DNA of 64,000 nt from Chlorokybus atmophyticus. Lineage: Eukaryota; Plantae; Mesostigma and Chlorokybus algae. The stretch is from NCBI GenBank assembly GCA_009103225.1, contig RHPI01002090.1, forward strand, positions 509,863 through 573,862, given 5' to 3'. Positions 21,701-33,040 of this stretch are shown here, in pieces (the stretch's first letter is position 1; every line of letters begins with the position of its first letter). Position numbers and translations under genes: made by a program. The notes below the pieces were generated by a model. That model was given only the letters and a program-made list of their open reading frames with translations, had not been told where the DNA came from and did no database searches.

Positions 21701-22591
21701 CCTGTTGGACAGATGCTACATCGATCATTGCCATACTTCACGTGACCACCCTCAAGCCGACGGTCTCGCCGAGCGGACGGTGCAGACTATCAATAAGGCA
21801 CTCCGCAAGTACGTGCTGGACTATGAGAAGACCATCTGGGACGACCACCTTCCGTGGGTGGCTCTTGGCTACCGTTTGTCGAAGTAGGCGGCGCTGCGCG
21901 AGTACAGCCCATACTACTTGCTGTTCGGGCGTCTGCCGTTGCTTCCCTTTCGTGCACAGCAGGAAGTAGACCGTGTGGTGGACAACCTCGACGATCCCGA
22001 CTGGATGCACAATAACATCACCACACGTGCCACGCTGTTCGAGCACACCGTCCCGATGGCCTTCCACAACCTGCGCATCGCACAGCACCGTGACACTCTG
22101 CGCTACGAGCGCGTGCGGAGCGGCTTCTACAAGGAGCGCCAACGGCGGTTTTTAGCAGGTGATTTTGCCTACCGCATGGCAGCCACCAAGAACACGCTCG
22201 ACACCTCCGTGGGCCGCACCGCCTACAAGGTACTCAAGGTGTACCCCACAGAGTGCTGGACCTTCTTGGTCAGAATGGCGAGAGGTTGAAAGACAACATG
22301 GTGAACTGCGCGCCATGTCACCTCCCTTACATAGCAGGCTTCGCGCGCATCCAGCAACCTCGCCCCGCCCGCAGCACACGCTGTAAACGCTGCGGCAGCG
22401 CCGGCGATGACGCACTCATGATGCTCTGCGATGGCTGTAACAAGGTCCTGCATTGCTATTGTCTGGAGCCCGCATTGGACGCAATACCCATGGAGGAGTA
22501 CTGGTGCGACGATTGCCGCATCAACGGTCCTCCTCACCTGCGTTAGCAACTGAGCTCTGGAGCTGGAACCTCCCCAGAAGCTCAGGGGGGG

Positions 22592-22827
22592 TGGCTTGTT
22601 GACTGTGTGTCCTACAGCAAAGCATGTACACTAAGTAAGACACCGCCTCCACATGTCCGTGTTCAGCAACAGTGGAGTGGCTCCACCAAGCATTCCTCGC
22701 CATACAAGCTGGGTTATCTTTTACTTTTGCCACAGGTTATAAGATGTTGCAGCAGCAGGATAAGCACGCATGACTTTCCCTGCAGCGGCCCGATACAGTG
22801 TGACCCTCGACTTCCCCCGACCCGACA
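22592..22827 (+). repeat. Split direct repeat A1 of copy 2
   Basis: Follows CTCAG7, starts TGGCTTGTTGAC, ends CGACA, and is repeated at 23421-23720. Confidence 0.93.
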
Positions 22828-22829
22828 GC

Positions 22830-23420
22830 TGTCATGCCTGGTGCCCACACATACCAGCCTTCATCGGGCATGTCTACATCAAAACCGTCGCCCGACCTAC
22901 CGACATACCAACGCGCGCGCGTCCCTGACCAGTAGCTATGTCATGTCTTCAGGGTAGCTCACGACCAAAGCCCACATAGGCACCGCGCGTAGCTGTTCAG
23001 TTGTGAGTTCAGTGATAAGTAAATTTTATATCGAGTGACAACCGCTGTGGAAATAGCCTCGACATGACCATTAGCTTATGTTTTGAACAGTCATGATTTG
23101 ACTTGTATAAGTAGTCACAGTGTTCACCGGATCAGCTGGTGACACTGTGAGTGAGAAAGCTAAGAGCTTGTGAAACGACTTGAACTACGAACACGCCATC
23201 TCGGTTACCAAGAACCCCCTCACTGTGTGAGAGCTTGTGCATGCTCGTGCGTGCATCGTGCTTGTCATCGCCGTGGGCCTGGTGTGCCTAGTTGCAGTGT
23301 GCTTGTTGGCATCAGTCAGGGCATAATACCCACGTGTTGCTTGCTCATTCACCTCACTTAACAGTGTAACACATTTTTCGCTCATGCAAAGAACTGTGTA
23401 AACAGCACTACCTATAGTAG
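22830..23420 (+). repeat. Repeat B2 of copy 2
   Basis: Starts TGTCATGCC after the GC spacer. Shares conserved blocks with copy 1 B (ACCGCGCGTAGCTG, GTCATGATTTGAC, TGTATAAGTA, GCTGGTGACACTGT, GACTTGAACT) and ends CAGCACTACCTATAGTAG. Confidence 0.88.
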
Positions 23421-23720
23421 TGGCTTGTTGATTGTGTGTCCTACAGCACAGCATGTACACTAAGTAAGATACCGCCTCCACATGTCCGTGTTCAGCAACA
23501 GTGGAGCGGCTCCACCAAGCATTCCTCGCCATACAAGCTGGGTTATCTTTTACTTTTGCCACAGCAACAGTGGAGCGGCTCCACCAAGCATTCCTCGCCA
23601 TACAAGCTGGGTTATCTTTTACTTCTGCCACAGGATATAAGATGTTGCAGCAGCAGGACAAGCACGCATGACTTTCCCTGCAGCGGCCCGAGACAGTGTG
23701 ACCCTCGACTTCCCGCGACA
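23421..23720 (+). repeat. Split direct repeat A2 of copy 2, with an internal 69-bp tandem duplication (23493-23630)
   Basis: Matches 22592-22827 plus a 69-bp duplication. Followed by flank GCAT. Confidence 0.93.
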
Positions 23721-24654
23721 GCATACCACGCAGCCCGGCAGTCGCGGGTGCCGTATGTGATGGCCACTTATGGCCTGGCGCGTGTGATGCCGGCCGGCCA
23801 ATAGTTGAACCTTAACGTCAAGGTGGTTTATGTTAGTACTTCATTTGCAATAATAACCACATAACTACACACTAATCGTCTTTTTTAGTAACGTTCTACT
23901 AATGTTCAATTATTAAACAATTTGTGTAAGTTTGTATTAACGCTATATTACTGCTACCAAGGTGACTTGGGGAGTTTCTTAATATAAGCACAAATCAAAG
24001 ACTTTACAAGTCAGCGTTTGTTTGGCTATCATAGCAAAGGAATCTCTCTCAATCACTGCCGCAATTAAATGGCAACATCGTCGCAAAATGTTTCCCCTAT
24101 CGGCCGACTAAATATTGGCAACGGCCGTGCACCTGAGGATACTCAGTTAGACTGTCGTGGCTCAGTCCACCTGTAATCTCGATACAGACACCTGAGTATA
24201 ACTTCCGTTACTATCAGGCCCTAACCATTATAATTCAGTCCCTATTAGGTGACTGTGCGTAACTAACAGGTGCTTGTTAGTTACGCACCGGCAACTGTAT
24301 GGTAACTGAGCTCGACTGTAAGGCACCGGTCAATTACACATCAGTCACCTTCAGGTATTTATGCGTAACTAACTGGCGATCGTATGCTGCCTAAGCGTGA
24401 CTGACATGCACCTCATAGTACCTGCCGTTATTGATGTGTACCTTAGAAGGTACCTATCAGTACCATTCTATCATGATTAGATATTACACGTGCGTGTCAT
24501 GCTGTGAACGTGATTATGAAAAAACGCATCTGATAATATAAAGTTAGTCTGTTACAATTGTAACGTTGCTATGCGCAATGTAAACTACACTAAGCTACAA
24601 CAAGTACCTGCAGTAGTAGTCTACCACTACTACTGCAACTATCCTTATACTATT

Positions 24655-25020
24655 TTTTATCGCCGCTCCGCCTCCTCCGCTCCTGCGCCGCCGCCGCCGC
24701 CTGGCCTGGTCGGCCTGGCCCGGTCGCCCTGAGGCAGCAAAGGCGGTTAGCTTGAGCGAACAACACAACGTCATGACACACAAGCAAGCTTACCTCGCCA
24801 TCGCGGCCGCCTCTCATACTCCGCCGCCGCCGCCGCCTGGCCTAGCTTGGCCTGGTTGGTTGGTCTGGCCGCCGCCCTGAGGCAAGAAGGGCGGTTGGGC
24901 TGCAGGTGTACTTGCGCACAACACAACTATAACACACAAGTGGACAGACTCACCTACTGTCGACAACCTAACCGACGCCGCCACCACCGCCGCCGCCGCC
25001 GCCGCAGCCCCTGCACAGCG
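24655..25020. repeat. GCC-rich low-complexity region with an imperfect direct duplication
   Basis: CCGCCGCCGCCGCCTGGCCT…CGCCCTGAGGCA occurs at about 24685-24740 and again at about 24820-24885. Further (GCC)n tracts nearby. Confidence 0.7.
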
Positions 25021-25339
25021 CTCAAGTCAAGTGTCCAACTTGAACTTGACAGTGTTGAAGCCGTTGGGCGTTTGAATTGCCGAAGACACGATGGCACAAT
25101 CGTACCATTGTAGTAGTACGATTGTGCCATTGCCACAATGGAAGCATCGTTCTATGTCAATAATACGTTAATTGCATTGTATGATAGACTATCAATGATT
25201 CATTAATACTCCCGACTTGCCGACAGTACGCGGCGAAAAATAGGAACTACCGGTCACGTGCTTGTCACTATAAGACGTCCCCGCGCATAATGTGTTACGG
25301 TTAGGTGACGACCGATGTCGACCGGCACCACAAGTCACT

Positions 25340-25680
25340 CAAACGCGACTTGCTTGCCACAACAGGCAGGCCGCCGCGCATACTACATGCCGGCTAGACT
25401 ACGACCGACGGTCGGCCGTTACTATACATGATGACCAATAGGTGATCTGTTTGCTACAAAAAGCAGTCGCCACCGCGCAATTGCCGACCAACAATCGGCC
25501 GTTACTATAAGTGACCGAGAAGTGACTTGTTTGCCACAATAGGTAAGTCGCCATCTCGCACAATGACCGACCGGCGGTTGGCCGTCACTGCAAGTGACGT
25601 GCTTGCCATATTAGGCAGGCCGCCGTTGCATGTACCCATCGACCGTCGGTTGGCCGTCAACAACAGTCCACATTAGCCGA
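25340..25680. repeat. Degenerate tandem repeat, about 4 units of 72-97 bp
   Basis: Units begin GACTTG(C/T)TTGCCAC at about 25347, 25444, 25524 and 25596. Each carries a CGACC…GGTCGGCCGT-like motif. Confidence 0.7.
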
Positions 25681-28614
25681 CGACAGACCCAACAGTTCAG
25701 CAGTGACATGTCAGGCAGGGTTAGGTAGGGTCAGGCACCCGGCAGTCCCTCAATCCTTGGTCAGTCACCGTGCAAAATTTGCTATGGTAGACACACGTTC
25801 CTTTACTTAGCCATATATCGACATTGACCATCATTCATGCGAGCTTGCATTATATAGGGATGCCCTTTTAGACCTGGACAACCCAGGTTGTTTAAAATCC
25901 AACGGCTTGTAGTCGCCGCTCAATTAATGCTACGCATACTGCCGTGCAAGTTGCACGATGCAGTCCGGCAGTCGCAGGTGCTTTTGTCGTGCCGTGGGTT
26001 GTGCCGGCCGGCCGACCGGCATTCAAAGTCATTTACACATCCCCAACCAATCAACCCGCCCACTCAGCCGCACCCCTAGTTATCGCTGTAGCTTTGCAAC
26101 TTCAATCAAATGCATGGGTAATGCTTATTAACGCTCGTTTGGCTAAAGTCCATGTTTGGTGCCCCTTTTACATTAGCGGTTAATCGTTGATGTTAAGTGG
26201 TAGGGTGTAAATTGGTAGGGTGTGAACAGTTAAAGTAAGGGTTAGAAAGACGGCATGTGTTTAAGGTATGGGGCCCGCTCCGACCTCGCATTGCAAAAAA
26301 TGCACAAATTCTAACCGCTAACTGTTGCTCAACTTGGCGTCAAAACGTCGACGGTTGGACTCCGTCGTTGAAATGTCGTTGTTGCAGATATGCCATTGAG
26401 ATTGTCGAGCATTTTTTCAATGATTGGCATCTTTACGCCTGTCTTGGGCCACAGTGTGTAACACCGTTGCGAACCCATTTGATTACAATCGTGCGCAATC
26501 AAGCGGTAGCCTAATGACGCAAATTATCGTTTGGTTGTATCTTAACGTTAAGGTGTTTTTTGAGGCTAATATTATGGATTGAATATGACCATTTTGCTAC
26601 CCACTAGGAACCTGCCAACGTAATGTGGCAGGAACGTTACTACTTAATTTGCCACCTCAATAAGTGTGTTACATGTCATATGGGCCATATGCAACATAAT
26701 GCCGGCATATGTGCACCGTGCAGATTGTGCGCATTATTGATATTTATTTGCAGATAGTTTGAGCAGTTGCATGACGTGGGGATGTGCTTTGGACGCTCGA
26801 GATCTATTTCTTGCAGATCGAACGGCTGATAGTTGATAGACGCCGCCTAGCCAATGAGCGGCAGGTGAGCCGCGCATACCGCGCAGCCCGGCAATCGCGG
26901 GTCCCCTATGTGATGCGCTTGGTGGGGTTTGCGTGTGCCCGAATGCCGCCCCGCCCAATCAGCCGCACCGCTCGTTGGGTTGCCTACCTATGTAATGCAA
27001 ATTGCAATGTGTTGCTTAAGCCCCAATAACGACTGGTATTACCAGTTAAACCGGCTGAGTTTGTCTGCGTGGGCCTAGCACGTTTATTACACTGATAGCA
27101 ACGTGCACGCCTACATCCATCTGTGCATGATCGAAAATATGAGATTGTCGGACGCTGACCAGGGCAGAACTCTGCACGGTTGCATGCACTTTATGTGAGT
27201 ATGTGCAGCCGTACAGTAGGCCCTAGGTGTAGCCGTACAAGAGACCTCTCATTGCCACCAAAAAGTATCAGCCGCTACAAGCCCGGTTGGCGCACTGACA
27301 ATGCTTCGTGGTGCTGCGTCAGCACGCGCCCGTCAAAACTACGGCACGCGTCGACAGGGGACTCAGCATTATTGACGAGCCGAGTGTCCTCAGCTGTCCG
27401 GCGGATGTCCGATGGGCGTCTGGAAACACAGGTCTGTACGCTATATACATGATACTGAAGGGACTGTACCTAGCCAATTCAGTTCCTTCCTTTCCGCGTG
27501 CACGTGCTGTGCGCTCACCATCGCCGATGCTCACGTTATGCTGATGGAAGCGCACGCTCCAGCCCTTGGAAACGTCAGGTGGACACTCGCACGTTGCTGA
27601 TACCACGCGCAGATAACGCACGCACACACAAGCTCCGAGCTGGCGGACGATCGGGGCTTTGGTCCCGCGCTCGCCCACAGGCTGCATGCCTCAGCACTCT
27701 CCGCCCACCGCCGCCCCAGCTGGTGCGTGTGCCACCAGCATCGCTTGAGACTTGTGCTCAGCGGCCTGGTGAGGTGCTGCTGGAAATCGAGGCAGACAAG
27801 AAGCTGCAGGGGCCAAAGCAGAGGGTGTGCTGAGTGACTTCTGCTGCGGCTGGCGCGTCGCCGCCGAGCTGGTGGGCGGCTTCTTGGGTGCGTGTATTGA
27901 GCGCTGCTTAGTAGTAGCGCTGGCCGATCGTTCTTGCTGGCGCTGTGATGTCTTGCTGAAAGTCTTGAACGTGTATGCAGTAGATGGCGTCGTTAGTGCA
28001 CAGTTCAGCTTTGGCTTTGCTGACAACTTGCTTAGTTTAGGTCATGCGTGTAATGTTCACTGGGCGAGCTACTGACAGTCATGCACCAACTCCGGTGCCG
28101 GGAGCAGCAGGGTCAACAGCTCTGTGTTTGCCGACTGCATTGCTTGAAAGCAGTGCTGTCGGCTTTGTGGGTTGTTGGCTTTGTGGCTTTGGCGTGCAGA
28201 AGCCAGCTTCTCACATGCTGTTGTTCAACCAGCTCAACTCAGTTTATAGAAGATATGTGACGTGTCCGCTACTTCAGGGGACACGTGTGCTTTTTGTCGT
28301 AGCTTTAGAGGTGCGCTGCTCAAATGCTGGCTGTAAAATACTGGCTGTGAACTTGTACGTTTTCTGCTCAACTGCCAGCAGCGTGCTGCACACAGGTTGT
28401 TCATTGCACTGAGTGTGCATTCGCTACGTCGATATTTTCCAAATACTCCGTTCAGTCTTCGAATTCTCCACGCGTAGCAGTGCACATGTTGAATGATTCG
28501 CCTGCTGCAGGTGTGGTCGGTGGCAAAATGGTGTGTACACTATGACGACAGCATCCTGACATTGAGTTGCTGGTAGACAAACCCCTCCTTGGCTGGGTTT
28601 TTCCATATCACTGC

Positions 28615-30855
28615 ATGGCGCGGGAACCGTTGCTGTTGACATGCGTGTTGCTGTCGATTGCGCTGTGCGCCGTGCATCCAACTTCAGCAAGGAGGCTTTT
28701 GCAAGATCAGCAGTGCAGCCAAGCATGCTTTGACGCTGCGGTGCCCAATTTCGATGTCGGAAGCTCGTTTCTGTACTTTGATGCCGGATGCACAAATGAA
28801 TCGCTGCCAGGATGCCAAGCCAGCACCGGATGCCGCTTGTGCCAGATCTCCAGCGACGCTTTAAACCCTCAGTGCCCGCAATGTGTGTGTGATTACTACG
28901 CAGGCCAAGGGACTGATGTGCCCGGGTGTGTTCTATTGTCACCAGCTGCTGCCCCGCCCAACGATGCAACCTCACCTCCTTCGCCAAGCTCGACACCACC
29001 ATCGACAACACCATCGCCACAACCAGCAGGTACACTCACACCGCCTGCTCTTACCCCACCTTCTCCCCTGGCAGCACCGCTAGACATGCCAACAGCACCT
29101 CAAGGTGCAACCAACAGTCAGTCTTCATAATGGGCTCCGTGATTGCAAGCAAGTGCAACGCATGGGTTGGGGAACAGTGCTCACACGCATGTTTTACAGT
29201 GTTGCTCTTGCTTGCTCATGTTGCATGTGGACGTTTTGCAGGCAACACCACCTTTACAGTGGACTTGCAACTTGTTGGGCCACAGAGCGTCTTGATACCC
29301 TTTGATCTGGAACGTCAGCAGCAAGTGCTGTTGGCATTGACGCAAGCTGTTCCAGCACTAGGGTGCGTGGTGGGTGTATCGTTATCACACTTAACCACAA
29401 CTTTGCCCAATAACTTATTGGTCTGGTTTCACGCTGATGCCATCTTGCGCTGTAGGTCTAGCATAGTCTCCTTTACCAGCATCACGCAAACTGGCAGGCG
29501 CTTGCGTAGAACATTGCTGCAGGATCCAACTGTGACCGTGCTGGCCACACTGTTGGTGACAACCGCAGCAAACCAGGCAACACAACTGCTGACAGACATA
29601 CAGAATGTATTATCAAGTGGTGCAATCACTGCCAACCTGCCGTCCCAAGGTGAGCCCCCCTGCATCAATCCCTCGTTCGACTGGAGTCCAACACGTACTT
29701 GTTTGGATCACTTTGTCATACAGCAAGCCTTGCCCCCGCATTGTGACGTTAGTTCATTGCCTGCGTGTTGTGCGCCGTGCAGGACTTGCCAGTGTGGCTG
29801 TATCATCTGTATCCCCTCCGCCTTATCAGACTCCCGTACCGCCCACAGGTTGGTGCGGAGATTTCATTCTAGATACACAGTTGATCTGGCACGTCACGTC
29901 TGGCTTTGGTGTCACAAGTTCATACATTAACAACGTGTTTGCAGGTGGCTCAAATGGCAGCACTAGTGTAGGTGCCATTGTTGGCGGGGCCGTTGGCGGT
30001 GTTGTTGTGCTGTTGCTGCTAGCAGCTTTGGCACTTTATTTCCTGAAAAGGAGAAGGCGAGGACAAACTTCCTCTCACCCATCTATCCTGAAGCCAACGC
30101 ACAAGTCGCCGCTCAGTTCGACTGCTGCATCCGCGGCTGGCATCCACCAACCGAGGGTTGCGGACAGCGTGCAGATGGTACCATCCACTCCAAGTCCAAA
30201 ATCGCAGGTTTGTGCATATGCGCATTGTGGCTTTGCTAACCTCACATAACTTGGTGATATGGGAAGACACGTTACACGTGCATATCAACTGCAAACATTG
30301 CCGTTATCGCACTGCGATGCACGAATCTGTGGCACATGTGCAAACTCTGCTTATCTCACAGTCTGACTTGCAATACGCAGGGCCTGATTGTGACAGAAAA
30401 CAAGTCAAGGTTGTCGCTGGACTCAAGCCTCCCATATGTGTCGGCCACATGGGAAAGCAAGCAGCAGGGCGAGATGAAGTGGCTGCAGGCCCCTTCCCCT
30501 CCAATGCCAGTGTCGGCACCCAACTCTCGGCCACCAAGTTTTGATGTTCGAAGAGGGTAAGCACTGCAAAGTACTCAATTATCAACCAGGCATAACAGCC
30601 TTAATTCTGCTGTCTCACTGTCATGCGCCATCATGCGCGTGCGTTCATGTGCATGTCTGTGTGCGTCTCATACACAAGTGTGCCACCAGGATGGACGACC
30701 CCAAGCGGGAACCAACATCAGGGAAGACGTTTGCCATGAGTGCCGCTGACAGAGCATGGAGATCAGTTGAGCTGAGCAAGGAGATGGTACAACAAGTAGC
30801 TGATACTTATGGCGCAGAGGAGGAGGCTGCCCCGTCAAGCTCTCCGCGTAGATAA
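28615..30855 (+). CDS. Multi-exon type I membrane protein: signal peptide, Cys-rich domain, Pro/Thr linker, beta-rich ectodomain, one TM helix, low-complexity tail
   Basis: MAREPLLLTCVLLSIALCAVHPTSA signal peptide; Cys-rich segment; TM VGAIVGGAVGGVVVLLLLAALALYFL followed by KRRRR. The 3' end is uncertain. Confidence 0.7.
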
Positions 30856-31725
30856 CTTCTGATCAAGCTCAATCATCGTGCAACCTATGTTATATGCACA
30901 CCGTAAAGTACACATTCCTTCATTTACAGCATGAGATCCTCTTCGCGCTACATATATGCTGGTACTGAACCGTTCCATCACTTGTGGTGACGGCCACTGG
31001 TTGACCTCATTATGTGCTGCATGTGTTGGCAACTAGCACTGCCTGAGTTGGCTCACGAAGTCAGAAAGTGTTCGTGCTGCCAACTAGGCAGCATGGTTAT
31101 GGTACAACACTACAGCTCGTCAAGGTGGTCAGATTTCCTTCCAGAATGGAATTGCAGTCACCGTTGCAAACCGCTATATTTCTTGCCTGAGTACATGGTA
31201 GCGTTCAACAGGGTCATGGTGTCCTTGGACATGTTCAAGTTGTCAGCTACATTGACCCAATCAACCTTCAATTGTTGTGCAAAGATGCGGATGTTGCTGT
31301 GTCTGCTTGATTCTGGCCCCTCTACTCCACCCGTGGGGCCAGTACCCACCACGACCAACATGGACGATTGTTGGGATGGCAGGTGTGAACGTGTCTACGT
31401 AGCGGCGTACATCAAATGCAGGACATGCGCATGCACAACGTGTAGTTCAGTCAGCACGTAGCAACACATGCAAGGTGTCGTACAAATGACAATTTGTTGA
31501 CCACTGGGCTACTACTAGCACGCTAATCTACTGCCTCTACCCGGTTAGACATGCAGCAGTCAATATGCAGTTGGTAATCACCTGCCCACATGGGCGTTGG
31601 TCAGTTGTTGGCGCTTTCGGTCACACAGATAGCATGCAAATTGGCGACCAGGACTCCCCCTCCCTCTCTCCCTGGCTCCGCCTCTTTCCTCGCCCTCTGC
31701 TAGCGACGCAGCAGGGTTTGCTGGG

Positions 31726-32214
31726 TTGTGTCGTAGTTGCGTTGCACTGCCGACGTCAGCAGTGCCTGGTCCAGTGCCCTTGGTGGCCTCCGAACACGGT
31801 CGAGATACGCGCATGCTCTTGGATGTCACGATCACCGCATGCGGCGAGCAACCGGGAGGCGCAGCGAAGGCGGCGGAGCAGGCGAAGCGGCGAAAATACC
31901 ACGATCACCCCGCCGCCGACACATTCCATCCCCTCGTCGCCGAGTCGCACGGCACCCTGGGCCAGAGTTTTCACGACGTCATCGACACATGCGCTAGGAG
32001 GGCGCTGGCTGCACGTGACCTGCCATTGCGCAGGCTATCAGGCTACTTGGCTCTGTACCGGCAGCGCGTGTCTTGCGCGCTGCAGCGCGCCCAGGGCATC
32101 ACCATCCTGGAGCGGGGGGCGGCAGTCGTTGCGGCAGTACCAGGCTGGGGTCCGGTCCAGACGGCGGCGCCAACGGCGGAAGCGGACGCTGTGCTGGCAG
32201 CTGCGGCAGTGTAG
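31726..32214 (+). mobile_element. 3' fragment of a restriction-like-endonuclease (REL) non-LTR retrotransposon (CRE/R2-group type)
   Basis: LLDVT…AEQAKRRKY…FHPLVAESHGTLG…QRVSCALQRAQG matches the REL C-terminus pattern. No RT upstream. Confidence 0.75.
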
Positions 32215-32441
32215 TTGTGTAGGCGTGCTTGCATGCCGCTGACATGCGTGTGAGTATTCTTGTGCAATGATAGGCAGGGATGACAGTGCATAGCTTGGTG
32301 TGACGATTTTGCTGTTAGTGTCACAGCAGTGCCCTCCGCACAGGTTGTGCTGTGTTCGGTTTGGGTGCTGGGCTGGTTAGGTGCTGGTTGGGGTTGGGTG
32401 GTGGGGTTGGTTTCCTGCGTCTCCGGCATGGGCAAGCTGTG

Positions 32442-33040
32442 CTACCACACAGCGTGCTCCCCATGCGGTCTTTGCGGGGTGCGACACTTGCACGCCTGAT
32501 ACACCAACTGGTACAGCAGTGGAGGCGGTGTACAGTATGCGTAGCTGCCGGTGCGTAGCATCTGCTGCCTCAGCGTGGCCAACAGACGTTTCAGAGGATG
32601 TCCATCGTTGTGCATTGCCACCAACAGGTCCACCATGGCTTGGATGAAGTGCGTGCGATAAGTGCAAACTTGCACAAACCTCACGAACTGCGATTGCACC
32701 ACGCCCAGCTTGATACAGCGGGCCACATTGGAATCTGGTTGTGGTGCGCGGTGATGTGCTGCAGCACTGTACGCCGGTAGGTCGCGCTTGCAGTACAGTT
32801 TGGTGCATATGCCATCCGCCGTTTGAAACACTGCGTATTCCAGAAATGGTAGCGTGGTACCTTCTGCTGTACGTGACACCGTCACAATGTGCCGCGGGTA
32901 CACACCGCCGCCTGGTGTCCCTGGTGCCTTGTACAACAGCTCTTGGAACTCCGGTAGGTCTGCTACAAAGAGATCATCAGTGTACGCGCAGGATTCCCTG
33001 TGTACAACGTTGCAGCAGCGACATGTATGTGTGCGTGCAT
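32442..33040 (-). mobile_element. 5'-truncated Penelope-like element RT C-terminus
   Basis: YTDDLF, LPFLE, TKLYCK, PDSNV…KLGVVQSQFVRF resemble PLE RT palm/thumb motifs. No GIY-YIG domain follows before the stop. Confidence 0.7.

Larger units (their letters stand above)
17377..23720 (+). mobile_element. 5'-truncated, degraded DNMT/PHD Gypsy element of a second family (copy 2)
   Basis: Homology to copy 1 starts at AWFRPHWDE. Contains DNMT motifs, RT (YIDD changed to SIDD), RNase H, integrase and PHD (22382-22516), with many stops and frameshifts. The 3' end is PPT-A1-GC-B2-A2, ending CGACA. Confidence 0.92.

Noticed and set aside
10013-21887. RIP-like or methylation-driven hypermutation inferred from C-to-T and G-to-A nonsense codons
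   Set aside because: Transitions in CAA, CAG, CGA and TGG are the commonest route to stop codons in any decaying ORF. A context-specific count would be needed.
27180-28485. Overlapping short ORFs on both strands
   Set aside because: No recognisable domain or reliable splice chain; left unannotated.
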